A stretch of DNA of 64,000 bases from Dehalococcoidia bacterium (GCA_965208015.1 CBDBNT010000003.1:305832-369831); one strand, 5' to 3'; shown: positions 36,716-45,802, counted from the stretch's first letter. Numbers and translations are program-made. The notes: generated by a model not told the origin, from the letters alone.

Positions 36716-37681
36716 TTAGTTCATCCGAACCCGAGGGTCGGCGTAACCGTAGAGAATGTCAACGACCAGCGCGGTCAGGATGTAGGCTGCACCCGAGACC
36801 ATAATCGCCCCCTCCACCTGCGGGAAATTATTGGAGAGCACCCCTTCCAGCAGCATCAACCCGACGCCGGGCCAGGCAAACACCACCTCGACCACAACCG
36901 AGCCGTTGAGCAGGCCGGCCAGGCTGATCCCGCCGAAGGTGATGACCGGGATCAGCGCGTTGCGCGCCGCGTGTTTCCAGATGACCACCCGGTCGCTCAT
37001 TCCCTTGACTTGGGCGAATTTCACGTAGTCGCTGTCCAGCACCTCCAGCATCGCGGACCGGGCCAGCCGCATGATGGCGGCGATTATCGCCAGGGCCAGC
37101 ACGAAAGCCGGCAGGATAAGGTGGAGGAGCATATTCGGTATCTGTGACCAGGTGGGGAACCACCCGGTCACGTCTCCTCTGCCGAATGCCGGCAATAACC
37201 CCCAATACCCGGCAAACACGATGATCAGCATGATTGCCACCCAGAATTGGGGCGCGGCCATGCCGAAGATCGCAAATGCCTTGCAGATGCGGTCCAGGAA
37301 AGTGTCCCGCTTCACTGCCGAGATGATGCCCAAGGGCACGCCGATCCCGATGGCCAAGATGGTCCCGGCGATTGCCAGGTGCACCGTCGCCGGAATCCGC
37401 TCCAGCAGGATTTCCTGCACTGGCCGGCGGGCCGTGAAAGAGTCGCCGAAGTCTAGCCGTACCGCCTTGATCAGGAAGTTCCAGTACTGGACGATAAACG
37501 GCTTGTCCAGGCCGTAGGCAGCCTTCTGGGCTTCGTACACCGACTCGTCGTGCTCAGCGGATATGGGCAACAGGAACCGAGCCGGGTCACCCGTCAGATG
37601 CACGCTGCCGAACACGACAAAACTCAGGGCGATCAGAGTGATCAATCCCTCGCCGATGCGCCGCACTATGTATGTGGTCAT
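36716..37681 (-). CDS. ABC transporter permease (DppB/OppB-like)
   Basis: 321 aa, typical MTTYIVRRI..N-terminus and 6 TM. Confidence 0.85.
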   Translation of the reverse strand: MTTYIVRRIGEGLITLIALSFVVFGSVHLTGDPARFLLPISAEHDESVYEAQKAAYGLDKPFIVQYWNFLIKAVRLDFGDSFTARRPVQEILLERIPATVHLAIAGTILAIGIGVPLGIISAVKRDTFLDRICKAFAIFGMAAPQFWVAIMLIIVFAGYWGLLPAFGRGDVTGWFPTWSQIPNMLLHLILPAFVLALAIIAAIMRLARSAMLEVLDSDYVKFAQVKGMSDRVVIWKHAARNALIPVITFGGISLAGLLNGSVVVEVVFAWPGVGLMLLEGVLSNNFPQVEGAIMVSGAAYILTALVVDILYGYADPRVRMN

Positions 37682-37775
37682 AAGATTAGCCTAAGAACGA
37701 TGCGCTAATTGTTCAGCGGCCGACGCCCTTCGGTATCTTGGACGACGTCGGCCGCTGGTGTCCACTAAATGCCGC

Positions 37776-39587
37776 CTACTTCAGTTTCAGCGTCCAGATG
37801 GCGGTGACGTAAGGCACGAGGCTCCAGGGCTCGTAGGAGGCCACGTCGGCGCCCAGGCCCCACGGAACGTTGGTGTTGAACCCGTCGCCCCAGTGCGTCT
37901 GGTCCTGCAGGTAATCGTACATCGCGTTGTAGGATGCGGCCCGCGTGCTGGCGTTCAGGTCCGACAGGCCCTTCTGCACTACTGGCGTGGTGGTGCTGGC
38001 CCAGGGCTCGTTCTCCCAGTTGCCCACCGCCCGCCAGGCGATCTGCTCGTTGAGGAAGCCGCCCTGGGTGATGGAGGTGCCGTCATAGCGGCCCTCGTTG
38101 GTCCGCACCAGGACGTCGCCGGGATATTCGCGGTTGTTCCACTTCTGGCGCGTGGCGGCTGCGTCACCTACCGACACCTCAACGTCCCAGCCCAGTTCGG
38201 TCCAGAAGTCCTTGTACAACTGGGCCAGGTCGGGCAGCAGGGGCAGGTCGCCGGCTTCCCACGTGTACAGGGTGAAGGCAATCTGCTCGCCATTGGCGTC
38301 CGTGCCGTCACCGCCGTCCGCGCCGCCGTAGCCGATGGACTTGAGCAGTTCTTTGGACTTTTCCAGGTCGAACGGCCGCGGGCGCAGGTTCTCGCCCCAG
38401 CCCAGGGAGTTGGGGGTTACGTGGGCCCAGCTGTCGGCGTTCACCGATTCGGGCGAGTACAGCCCGTTGACGATGGCGTCCTTATCGATGGCGTGTTCTG
38501 CGGCCTGCCGGGCTTCCACCGGGAAGCACCACAGGGACTCTTCCCAGCAGTCCACGTACACCACCCAGTTGTAGGAGGATTCCTTTTGCCACGCGATAGA
38601 TGCGCCGTCGATGCCGTTGATGTCGCCGATCATGTTGATGTTCGCTTCAATCAACTGGGCGTCTCCGCTGCGCAGGGCGGCCAGGCGGCCCGCCGGCTCC
38701 GGCACGACCTCGATGGTCAGGGTGTCGAAGGTGACGCTGCGGTCTTCCGAGAACCCGTTTTCAGTGGTCCAGAAGAAATTATCAAACTTCTCGAACGAAT
38801 ACTTCTGCTCCAGCACGAAATCGGTCACTTCCATGGAACCGATCCCGATGGGGTCGGTCTCGTAGCCTTCGAATCCGGTGGCGCCGGCGCGTTCCCGCAT
38901 GGTGGCTTCGGGAACGATCATGGGGCTGGCGCCCTGAGCGTTCTCGGACCAGTTGAAGGAGAAGTCCAGACGGACGGTGTTGAAGATAACCTGCACCTGG
39001 TCATCGGCCGGGCCCTTGGACACGCCGTCGATCAGCTTGGTGAGCGCCACGTCGCGAGGCTCATAGTAGGTCGATTCCAACAACGTTTGCGCTTCCGCTC
39101 CCAACCGGGAGTCGAGGTTGAAGAATACGTCGTCACGGGTGATGATGTTCCCGTCGTGGGCCTCGATGAAGCCATCGTTGACGGTGAACGTCCAGACCTT
39201 GCCGTCCTCGCTGACCGACCAATCCTTGGCCACAGCGGGCACCAGCTCGCTACCACCGGCGCCGCCGACCATGGCGACTCCGAAGATTCGCTGGAACTTC
39301 AGATCTTCGCCTTCCGTCAGCAGCGGGTCGAACTTGCCGTTGCCGATGTTAGTGACCAGCAGGTTGACGTGACCGCCGGTTTCCTCCGCCATGGCGGCGG
39401 GTTGGGCGGATTCCGGCATGGCTGTCGGCGCCGCCGACGCGGCGCTCGCCGGGGCGGCCGTGGGCGCTGCCGCCGGCGGCGCGGCAGGAGCCTCGGATGC
39501 TCCGCCGCAGGCCACCGCAGCAATCAAGCCCGCTCCCAGGCCCAATGCGGCCAGCAGCCGCAAGTTAATATACCGTTTCAATCCCAT
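37776..39587 (-). CDS. ABC transporter substrate-binding lipoprotein (family 5, peptide/nickel)
   Basis: Signal plus lipobox LIAAVACGG, Ala/Pro-rich linker, family-5 SBP core. Confidence 0.85.
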   Translation of the reverse strand: MGLKRYINLRLLAALGLGAGLIAAVACGGASEAPAAPPAAAPTAAPASAASAAPTAMPESAQPAAMAEETGGHVNLLVTNIGNGKFDPLLTEGEDLKFQRIFGVAMVGGAGGSELVPAVAKDWSVSEDGKVWTFTVNDGFIEAHDGNIITRDDVFFNLDSRLGAEAQTLLESTYYEPRDVALTKLIDGVSKGPADDQVQVIFNTVRLDFSFNWSENAQGASPMIVPEATMRERAGATGFEGYETDPIGIGSMEVTDFVLEQKYSFEKFDNFFWTTENGFSEDRSVTFDTLTIEVVPEPAGRLAALRSGDAQLIEANINMIGDINGIDGASIAWQKESSYNWVVYVDCWEESLWCFPVEARQAAEHAIDKDAIVNGLYSPESVNADSWAHVTPNSLGWGENLRPRPFDLEKSKELLKSIGYGGADGGDGTDANGEQIAFTLYTWEAGDLPLLPDLAQLYKDFWTELGWDVEVSVGDAAATRQKWNNREYPGDVLVRTNEGRYDGTSITQGGFLNEQIAWRAVGNWENEPWASTTTPVVQKGLSDLNASTRAASYNAMYDYLQDQTHWGDGFNTNVPWGLGADVASYEPWSLVPYVTAIWTLKLK

Positions 39588-39794
39588 CGTTTGATCTTAC
39601 CTCCTCCTTTTGAAGGGGCGGGCAGCGTATGCCGCTGTCACGCCGCCGCGTTACGGATGCCGAACGATTAAACGGTGATATCGCCTTGCTGTCAAGGATG
39701 GGTTACGAATCCATGCCAATCCACGGGCGTATTCCACATTCTATTTGTGCTAGCATTGCTGCCGTAGACTTCGACTGGCAAACCAATCTTCAGG

Positions 39795-40145
39795 GTGTTC
39801 GGGAACGCAATCATGTTCACTCCCACCAAGCTGTTTTACATCATCAGCGCCGCCGGCGTCGGCAGCGCGGCCGGCGGCTACGTTGCTTGGGCCATCGCCT
39901 CGCGGTTCGCCCGGATCGCCGACCTGAACAACCGGGCCATCGTGGAGCCCCATGTGCTCATCGTGCTGTGCGTGGCCGGGGGTTTGCTGGCCTTCCCGCT
40001 GGGAGCGGCAGCCGGACTTTTCGGCGCGGTGGTGATCAACCGCGTGGTCGACTACCTGCGCCGGTCCCAGGGCAGAGGAGGCGAAACCGACAACGCGTCG
40101 TGGGTGACGCAGCGTCCCACGACTGACGACCGCCCCGGCGAGTAG
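39795..40145 (+). CDS. Hypothetical small membrane protein
   Basis: Two hydrophobic helices. An ATG alternative exists at 39813. No family recognised. Confidence 0.4.
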   Translation: MFGNAIMFTPTKLFYIISAAGVGSAAGGYVAWAIASRFARIADLNNRAIVEPHVLIVLCVAGGLLAFPLGAAAGLFGAVVINRVVDYLRRSQGRGGETDNASWVTQRPTTDDRPGE

Positions 40146-40151
40146 GCCCGG

Positions 40152-40157
40152 TATAAT
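40152..40157 (+). promoter_or_regulatory. -10 box TATAAT for the cupin gene
   Basis: 72 nt upstream of ATG 40229. A REP hairpin lies in the predicted 5' UTR. Confidence 0.45.
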
Positions 40158-40179
40158 CTGCAGCGACGGAAATCAGCCT

Positions 40180-40207
40180 TGGATTCCGGCTTTCGCCGGA
40201 ATGACGG
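40180..40207 (+). repeat. REP-like hairpin repeat
   Basis: TGGATTCCGGCTTTCGCCGGAATGACGG. Confidence 0.8.
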
Positions 40208-40228
40208 TACAGTTGTAGGAGTTTTCTC

Positions 40229-40597
40229 ATGCCCCAGTTCGTGCGCGTTTTCACCGGTCCCGACGGGCAGTCCCGTCTCGAGCATTACGAACCGCCCTTC
40301 GAGGACTTCCTGGACACCGAGGGGGCCTACGGACGAGGCACCCCCATGCAGGCCACCAGCGGTATGACGATCCGCATCTCGCCGCCTGACTACTTCCTGG
40401 ACTTCCACTGCGCCCCGCGAAGGCAATACACGGTAACCCTGGCCGGGCAGGCCGAGATCGGGCTGAGCGACGGCACTGCGCATCGCGTCGGACCCGGCGA
40501 TGTGCTCCTCGCCGAAGATTTGACGGGTGAGGGCCACACGACCCGCGTGGTCGGCGGCGAGGAACGAGTGTACCTCGTGATTCCCCTGGCGGATTAG
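40229..40597 (+). CDS. Cupin-domain protein
   Basis: 122 aa. The beta-barrel-like pattern ends with GDVLLAEDLTGEGHTT. GTAGGAG SD. Confidence 0.65.
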   Translation: MPQFVRVFTGPDGQSRLEHYEPPFEDFLDTEGAYGRGTPMQATSGMTIRISPPDYFLDFHCAPRRQYTVTLAGQAEIGLSDGTAHRVGPGDVLLAEDLTGEGHTTRVVGGEERVYLVIPLAD

Positions 40598-40617
40598 GGA
40601 GCGTCGTCAAATTATCC

Positions 40618-40644
40618 CGTCATTCCTGCGAAAGCAGGAATCCA
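40618..40644 (-). repeat. REP-like hairpin repeat (inverted orientation)
   Basis: CGTCATTCCTGCGAAAGCAGGAATCCA. Confidence 0.8.
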
Positions 40645-40664
40645 GGCGTTTCCACAACCAAATC

Positions 40665-41990
40665 GTGCTGCGACAGCAGACGATTCTAGATTCCCGCTTT
40701 CGCGGGAATGACGGAAATGGAGGAAACGACCCGGGCGGTGTCTTCTACGGATGGTGGGTGCTCTCCGCCGCGGTTGTCCTGGGTTTCTTCGCCTTTGGCG
40801 TGGTGATCCCCGGATACCTGGCGTTTTCGGTTCCCGTTCGCGGTGAGCTCGGCCTGACATCCGGGCAGTCTGCCTTCGTGGTGGGAGCCGCGTGGGGCGT
40901 GGGAGACGTCACGTCGCTGGCAGCCGGGTGGCTGGCCGACCGCTACGGCGCGCGCCGGTTGATCCTGGCCGGGGGCCTGCTTTCCGGACTGGGCTTCGCC
41001 GCGCTGGGTTTCGCTGACTCGTTCTGGACCATCGTGGCGGCTTATTCCGTGGTCGCATCGGTGGGCCGCGGTCTCGGCATCTTCCCGACGCTGATGACCG
41101 TGGTCAACCAGTGGTTCGAGCAGCGCAAGGCCTTCGCCCTGGCGGTGATCAATACCGCGGTAATGGGCGGAGCGGCGGCCATCCTCCCGGCGCTCAGCGC
41201 CGCCGCAGACCAGTTCGGCTGGCGACCCACGGCGATGGTCGCCGGCGTCCTGGTGTGCGTCCTGGTCATCCCGGCCGCAGCGATCATCCGCAGTCGGCCC
41301 GAGGACATGGGCCTGCAACCCTACGGCGCTGGCGTGATCGAAACAGGATCAGCGCGCGGAGGGTCAAGACTAGCCGGTGCCGCCGGCTCTCAGCGGCGAG
41401 AGTACTCGGCGACCCAGGCGCTGGTCACGCTGTCCTTCTGGGCGCTGACGGTGGGCGCCGCCCTGCGCACGGTTCCGTCGGACGTGCTGGTCATCAACCA
41501 GATCCCCATCCTGATCTGGAAAGGCGTGGCCGAAGAACGGACCTCCACCTACCTGTCGATCACCTATTTCGCCACCATACCGGCCCGGTTCGGCATGGGT
41601 CTCGCCGCCGCGTGGGCATCGCCCCGCTGGCTGCTGAGCGGAGCCATGGCGGTGGTCGCCCTTTGCTCCGTCGCCGCCCTGCTTCTGGACGGCGATGCGG
41701 TTGCCTGGTGCCTGATCCTTTCGTCAGCTACAGGGCAGGGGGTGAGTTCCCTGGCCTGGATCACCGTGGGCGAATACTTCGGCCGGCGCAGCTTCGGAAC
41801 TCTGGTGGGAGTCATGACCCTGTTCTACGGCGTCAGTGGTCCCATCGTCCCGGCAGCGGCGGGATGGGTCTTTGACCGCACGGGCAGTTTCGTACCCGTC
41901 CTGGTGGCAGTTGGAGCGCTGCAAGTGATTTCCGTGTCCGCGTTCCTGCTGGCAAAGCGGCCCGGCAACCCCGCAACGGCCGAGGGATAG
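40665..41990 (+). CDS. MFS transporter
   Basis: 12-TM-like profile. GTG 40665 is the only upstream in-frame start, has no SD and reads through a REP copy, so the true start is uncertain. Confidence 0.75.
   Translation: MLRQQTILDSRFRGNDGNGGNDPGGVFYGWWVLSAAVVLGFFAFGVVIPGYLAFSVPVRGELGLTSGQSAFVVGAAWGVGDVTSLAAGWLADRYGARRLILAGGLLSGLGFAALGFADSFWTIVAAYSVVASVGRGLGIFPTLMTVVNQWFEQRKAFALAVINTAVMGGAAAILPALSAAADQFGWRPTAMVAGVLVCVLVIPAAAIIRSRPEDMGLQPYGAGVIETGSARGGSRLAGAAGSQRREYSATQALVTLSFWALTVGAALRTVPSDVLVINQIPILIWKGVAEERTSTYLSITYFATIPARFGMGLAAAWASPRWLLSGAMAVVALCSVAALLLDGDAVAWCLILSSATGQGVSSLAWITVGEYFGRRSFGTLVGVMTLFYGVSGPIVPAAAGWVFDRTGSFVPVLVAVGALQVISVSAFLLAKRPGNPATAEG
40688..40714 (+). repeat. REP-like hairpin repeat
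   Basis: AGATTCCCGCTTTCGCGGGAATGACGG. Lies inside the first 17 codons of the only open in-frame start of the MFS ORF. Confidence 0.8.
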
Positions 41991-42217
41991 CAATACTGAG
42001 CGAGCCCCTATCGCAGAACGCACGACACCCCGGAACCCACACTGAGAGTATGTACTATGGGTGGTGCGTGTTGCTCACCGCCGGCGGCATGACAGTCAGG
42101 TATGGCTCGGAATCTATGGTCCCGCCGCATTTAGGGTTGTGCGATTATTCGTGGTATATTTTGCCTGTTCCGCAGCATTGCAACGTTTCCAGTGGGCATT
42201 GCCCGAGGGAGGATATT

Positions 42218-42553
42218 ATGCCTGACTTCCTGCACGGTTTGGGTTTGCCAGACGAGTTGGTTGCAGATTTCATGGTTGCCGCGGAAGAACGAGGCCTGTC
42301 TCCTGACGAGTACGCAGCGGATCTGTTGTTACGGGCTTTTCGGCTTGGAGTTGGTCGGCCTGGACGAACGTTCACCGTGCCTGCGACTTCCGAAGGACTT
42401 TTCCGTGAAGATGGCTTTCGCGTGGTAGGGCGCTGTAACGGCGAAGTGGAGTTTGCTTCTTCGTCCGGGCTGTCGTTCGAGCAGGCTTCCGACGCTTTGC
42501 TGGGTGCTATTCTTGCCGATAGCGAATCGCGTGAGCTGTACCTGACCAAGTAG
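42218..42553 (+). CDS. Ribbon-helix-helix-like antitoxin candidate (111 aa)
   Basis: GGGAGGA SD. N-terminal LPDELVADFMVAAEERGLSPDEYAADLLLRAF resembles the CopG/RHH pattern. Sits 5 nt upstream of the PIN gene. Low G+C. Confidence 0.5.
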   Translation: MPDFLHGLGLPDELVADFMVAAEERGLSPDEYAADLLLRAFRLGVGRPGRTFTVPATSEGLFREDGFRVVGRCNGEVEFASSSGLSFEQASDALLGAILADSESRELYLTK

Positions 42554-42558
42554 CTGCG

Positions 42559-42978
42559 GTGCGGGTAGTGACGGATACCAGCGCGTTGCTAACGCAGGCA
42601 CGAAGCGGCTTGCGAGATAGCCTGTTATGGCGCGGCTTTGCCTCTGGCACACTGGTGCCATTGGTCTGCGAAGACACCTACCGGGAGTTTCGTCGGAAAC
42701 TAGCCGAGCGTCGGTTAGGATTATCGGTGGGAGTACAGACCGAGATATTGGCTGAGTATTTGTCGTACGCTGAGTACGTGGAAAAGGTGCCTCAAGGGTA
42801 CGATTACGGTCTGAGTGGAGTAGACCGAGTGATGCTTGACTTGGCGTTGTAGCGTGAAGCCGATGTTCTCATTACTCTGGATGGCGCTTTGCTCAACTTG
42901 GACGGCAAAGGGCACTTTGACCTGCGAATCATGCGGGTGGGGGAGTTCATGTCGAAATTCCCCTTGGGATTGCGGTGA
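42559..42978 (+). pseudogene. PIN-domain toxin gene interrupted by in-frame TAG at 42850-42852
   Basis: MRVVTDTSALL... (PIN Asp). After the TAG the same frame continues READVLITLDGALLNL...EFMSKF to TGA 42976-42978, matching the C-terminal T-x-D segment of PIN-family toxins. Confidence 0.65.
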
Positions 42979-43216
42979 AAACGGAGCCCTCCTCCGGTGA
43001 AGTGGCAGCGTCCAAGCTCCAAACCACCGGACGGGGGCTTTACATGTTGCAGCGAGCTGGGCCGATATAACTGGCTTCGAGGCAATGCTACCCGCTGGTG
43101 CAAAAGCCCGGCAACGACCGTCCTCCTGGCCCGCAACCTGGCACATGAAGACAATCATTCAAGTCCTCTCGGCGCATTACCCGTCAGTCATATGGTCATG
43201 GACCTGACAACAGACC

Positions 43217-43240
43217 AGGGGCGACCGGTCGGTCGCCCCT
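43217..43240. terminator. Hairpin between convergent genes (10-bp stem)
   Basis: AGGGGCGACC / GGTCGCCCCT with loop GGTC, 30 nt beyond the BVMO stop. No clear T tract. Confidence 0.35.
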
Positions 43241-43269
43241 GTAGCGCTGGTCAAGTTGCTTCTGGCACG

Positions 43270-44904
43270 TCAGTCCAGGGTAAACCCTTCATAGCCGTTG
43301 GCCGCCACCTCGGCGCGCTTGGCGCGCATGACCGGCGCGGTGTCGGGCGCGGTCAGCAGCACGCGGGCCTTGCCCGGAATGTTGGCCCCGACGAACCAGG
43401 AGTCGGCCTGGGTGCGGAGGATGTTCTCGCTGTCCTCCCTCATGTGCCGCACCCACGCCTCCTCAGCTTCGGGGGTAGCCATGATCCGGTTATGGCCGTT
43501 GTCGCGCACGTGGGCGATGGCGTCGGTGACCCACTCGACCAGCGGCTCGGCGGAACGGGGAAAGTTGCCCACGGAGGCGGCGTTGATGGTGAAAATGTTG
43601 GGGAAACCGTAGCTGGACATGCCCATGTAGGTGCGGGGGCCGTTGGCGAACTTTTCCTTGAGGACCTCGCCGCCGATGCCCTGGATGTGAATCAGGTTGA
43701 GCGGGCCGGTAACGGCGTCGTAGCCGGTGGCGAAGATGATGACGTCGAGCTCGTACTCGTTGCCGCTCTCAAGCTGGATCCCGCGGGGAGTCAGGCGCGC
43801 GATGGGGTCTTCCCGAACATCGACCAGCAGCACGTTGTCGCGGTTGTAGACCTCGTAGTACCCGCTCTCGCAGGGAAGCCGCTTGGACCCGAACATGTGG
43901 TTCTTCGGCACCAGCTTCTCCGCAACCTCCGGGTCGTGCACGCGCTCGCGGATCTTGTTGCGAACGAACTCGGCATAGTCTTCGTTCGCCTCACCGGGCA
44001 TCATGATGTCGTAGAAGTTTGATAGCCACTTCTTGAAGCCGGGCTCGGCCCACAGCCGCTCGTACTGCTCCAGCTTCTCTTCTTCCGAAACCGCCAGCGC
44101 GGAGCGGGTGTCGAACTCGTGCATGAAGGAACCGGGGGTTGCCAAGCACTGCTCGAAAATCTCGGGGTAGTGCGACTTGATGTAGTCTTGCGTCTCCCGG
44201 TCGATGACGGCGTTGCGCAGCGGCACGCAGTAGTTTGCGGTGCGCTGGAAAACCGTCAGGTGGGCGACTTCGTCCACGATCTCCGGGATCAACTGGACGG
44301 CCGTGGCCCCGGTACCAATGACGCCCACGCGCTTGCCGGCCAGGTCCATACCCTCCTTGGGCCAGCGGTTGGTGTGACACCAGGCTCCTTCATAGCTGTC
44401 CAGCCCCTCAAACTCAGGGATGTAGCGCGCCGAGAGAATCCCGATGGCCGTGATGACGAACTGCGCGCGGGCCTGGTACCCGTCGTCGGTGGTCACGTTC
44501 CAGCGGTTGGTGTCCTCGTCATAAACCAGGGAAGCCACCCGGGAGTTGAAGCGGATATCCCGGCGCAGGTCGAACTTGTCGGCTACGTAGTTCAGGTAGC
44601 GCTCGTTCTCGGGCTGGCTGGAGTAGTGCTCTTGCCATTCCCACTCCTGGAGCAGTTCCTCAGAGAATGAGTAGCCGTAGGTGTAGCTTTCGGAGTCGAA
44701 ACGGGCTCCCGGGTAGCGGTTCCAGTACCAGGTGCCTCCGACTCCGGTGCCTTCCTCCAGGGATCGTACCGAGAACCCCAGCTGGCGCAGCCGATAAAGG
44801 GAATACAACCCCGTGACGCCGGCGCCAATGACAACCACTTCAAACTCTTCCACGCCTCCGCCGGAATGCCCGTTGGAAGTCGTCTGCTGCAACGACGTAG
44901 CCAT
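43270..44904 (-). CDS. Baeyer-Villiger (type I flavin) monooxygenase
   Basis: FAD GxGxxG (VVIGAGVTGLY), BVMO fingerprint-like YEGAWCHTNRWP, second Rossmann GVIGTGATAVQ. ATG 44904 after AGGAGGG. Confidence 0.85.
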   Translation of the reverse strand: MATSLQQTTSNGHSGGGVEEFEVVVIGAGVTGLYSLYRLRQLGFSVRSLEEGTGVGGTWYWNRYPGARFDSESYTYGYSFSEELLQEWEWQEHYSSQPENERYLNYVADKFDLRRDIRFNSRVASLVYDEDTNRWNVTTDDGYQARAQFVITAIGILSARYIPEFEGLDSYEGAWCHTNRWPKEGMDLAGKRVGVIGTGATAVQLIPEIVDEVAHLTVFQRTANYCVPLRNAVIDRETQDYIKSHYPEIFEQCLATPGSFMHEFDTRSALAVSEEEKLEQYERLWAEPGFKKWLSNFYDIMMPGEANEDYAEFVRNKIRERVHDPEVAEKLVPKNHMFGSKRLPCESGYYEVYNRDNVLLVDVREDPIARLTPRGIQLESGNEYELDVIIFATGYDAVTGPLNLIHIQGIGGEVLKEKFANGPRTYMGMSSYGFPNIFTINAASVGNFPRSAEPLVEWVTDAIAHVRDNGHNRIMATPEAEEAWVRHMREDSENILRTQADSWFVGANIPGKARVLLTAPDTAPVMRAKRAEVAANGYEGFTLD

Positions 44905-44962
44905 AAAAACCCTCCTGTTGCCTGGTGGCACGCGTCGGCCAAAAAGTGAAAACGGTGGGCCG

Positions 44963-44968
44963 ATTATA
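44963..44968 (-). promoter_or_regulatory. -10 box TATAAT (minus strand, TGtATAAT) for the BVMO gene
   Basis: Plus-strand ATTATACA, 59 nt upstream of ATG 44904. Confidence 0.5.
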
Positions 44969-45062
44969 CACCCGGATCGAGGCTCTGACGGCCGGTGTCC
45001 GCAACTCCCTGAAACATCGGGCCGATTCCTTTTCCGTCACCGGGAGACTCTCGGCCCGATGC

Positions 45063-45068
45063 TATACT
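45063..45068 (+). promoter_or_regulatory. -10 box TATACT (TGcTATACT) for the divergent duplicated-domain gene
   Basis: 60 nt upstream of ATG 45128. Confidence 0.4.
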
Positions 45069-45127
45069 GCCGCACAGTCCAACAACACGGCGACGCTGCG
45101 CAACGCGCGTTGACATGGAGTAGAGCG

Positions 45128-45802
45128 ATGGGAACGAGGAGAAAAGGCGACGGCTTGTTGCTTGTGTACAGCGACGTGGCGCCAGAGCACGACGAGGAGT
45201 ACAACCGCTGGTATAACGAGGAACATATTCCGGAGCGGCTGTCGATACCGGGCGTGCTCGATGCGGCGCGCTACCAGGCGGTCCAGGGCGGGCCGAAGTA
45301 CCTGGCGGTCTACGAGCTGGACAGCCACGAAGCCTGGTACTCGGATGAGTGGCAGAAGTGGCTGAACGAGCCGACCGAGTGGTCGCGCCGGATGTCGCCC
45401 AGCGTCATCGGCACCGAGTACATTCGCAACCTGTACCAGCGGGTCCATCCCGACGAACTGTCGGAGGAGACGGCCCAGGCCGGTATGTCGCCCCTGCTCC
45501 TTGTGGGTCGTATGGGCATCCCGGAACACCTCGAAGAGGCGTGGAACGACGCCTACAACAACGAGCGGCTGCCCATGGCCCTGGACATCCCCGGGTATAT
45601 CCGCGCCCGCAGGTTCCAGGCAGTGATGGGCAAGCCCAAGTACGCCACCGTGCACGAGATGGAGTCGCTGGCGGTGGCAGAGAGCGAGGCCTGGCAAAAC
45701 TGGAGCCGCATCGTCACCCCGGTCTGGACCCACGAGGTGCGGCCGCACATGGTTCACGGAGAAGGGTCGCCGGGGATATACCAGCGAATCTTCCCCAAGT
45801 AA
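45128..45802 (+). CDS. Hypothetical protein made of two homologous ~100-aa repeats (EthD/dimeric alpha-beta-barrel-like is a guess)
   Basis: Repeat 1 is LLLVYSDVAPEHDEEYNRWYNEEHIPERLSIPG..ARYQAVQGGPKY. Repeat 2 is LLLVGRMGIPEHLEEAWNDAYNNERLPMALDIPG..ARRFQAVMGKPKY. Confidence 0.5.
   Translation: MGTRRKGDGLLLVYSDVAPEHDEEYNRWYNEEHIPERLSIPGVLDAARYQAVQGGPKYLAVYELDSHEAWYSDEWQKWLNEPTEWSRRMSPSVIGTEYIRNLYQRVHPDELSEETAQAGMSPLLLVGRMGIPEHLEEAWNDAYNNERLPMALDIPGYIRARRFQAVMGKPKYATVHEMESLAVAESEAWQNWSRIVTPVWTHEVRPHMVHGEGSPGIYQRIFPK

Noticed and set aside
28953-40714. Considered whether the recurring 27-nt palindromic repeats form a CRISPR array.
   Set aside because: The copies are scattered over 12 kb, occur in both orientations and have irregular spacing. 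There are no uniform spacers and no cas genes. They fit REP/BIME-like elements instead.
42850-42852. Considered whether the in-frame TAG in the PIN gene encodes pyrrolysine or is a programmed read-through site.
   Set aside because: There is no pyl gene context, and the position aligns to a non-conserved residue. A simple nonsense mutation in a decaying TA toxin is the parsimonious reading.
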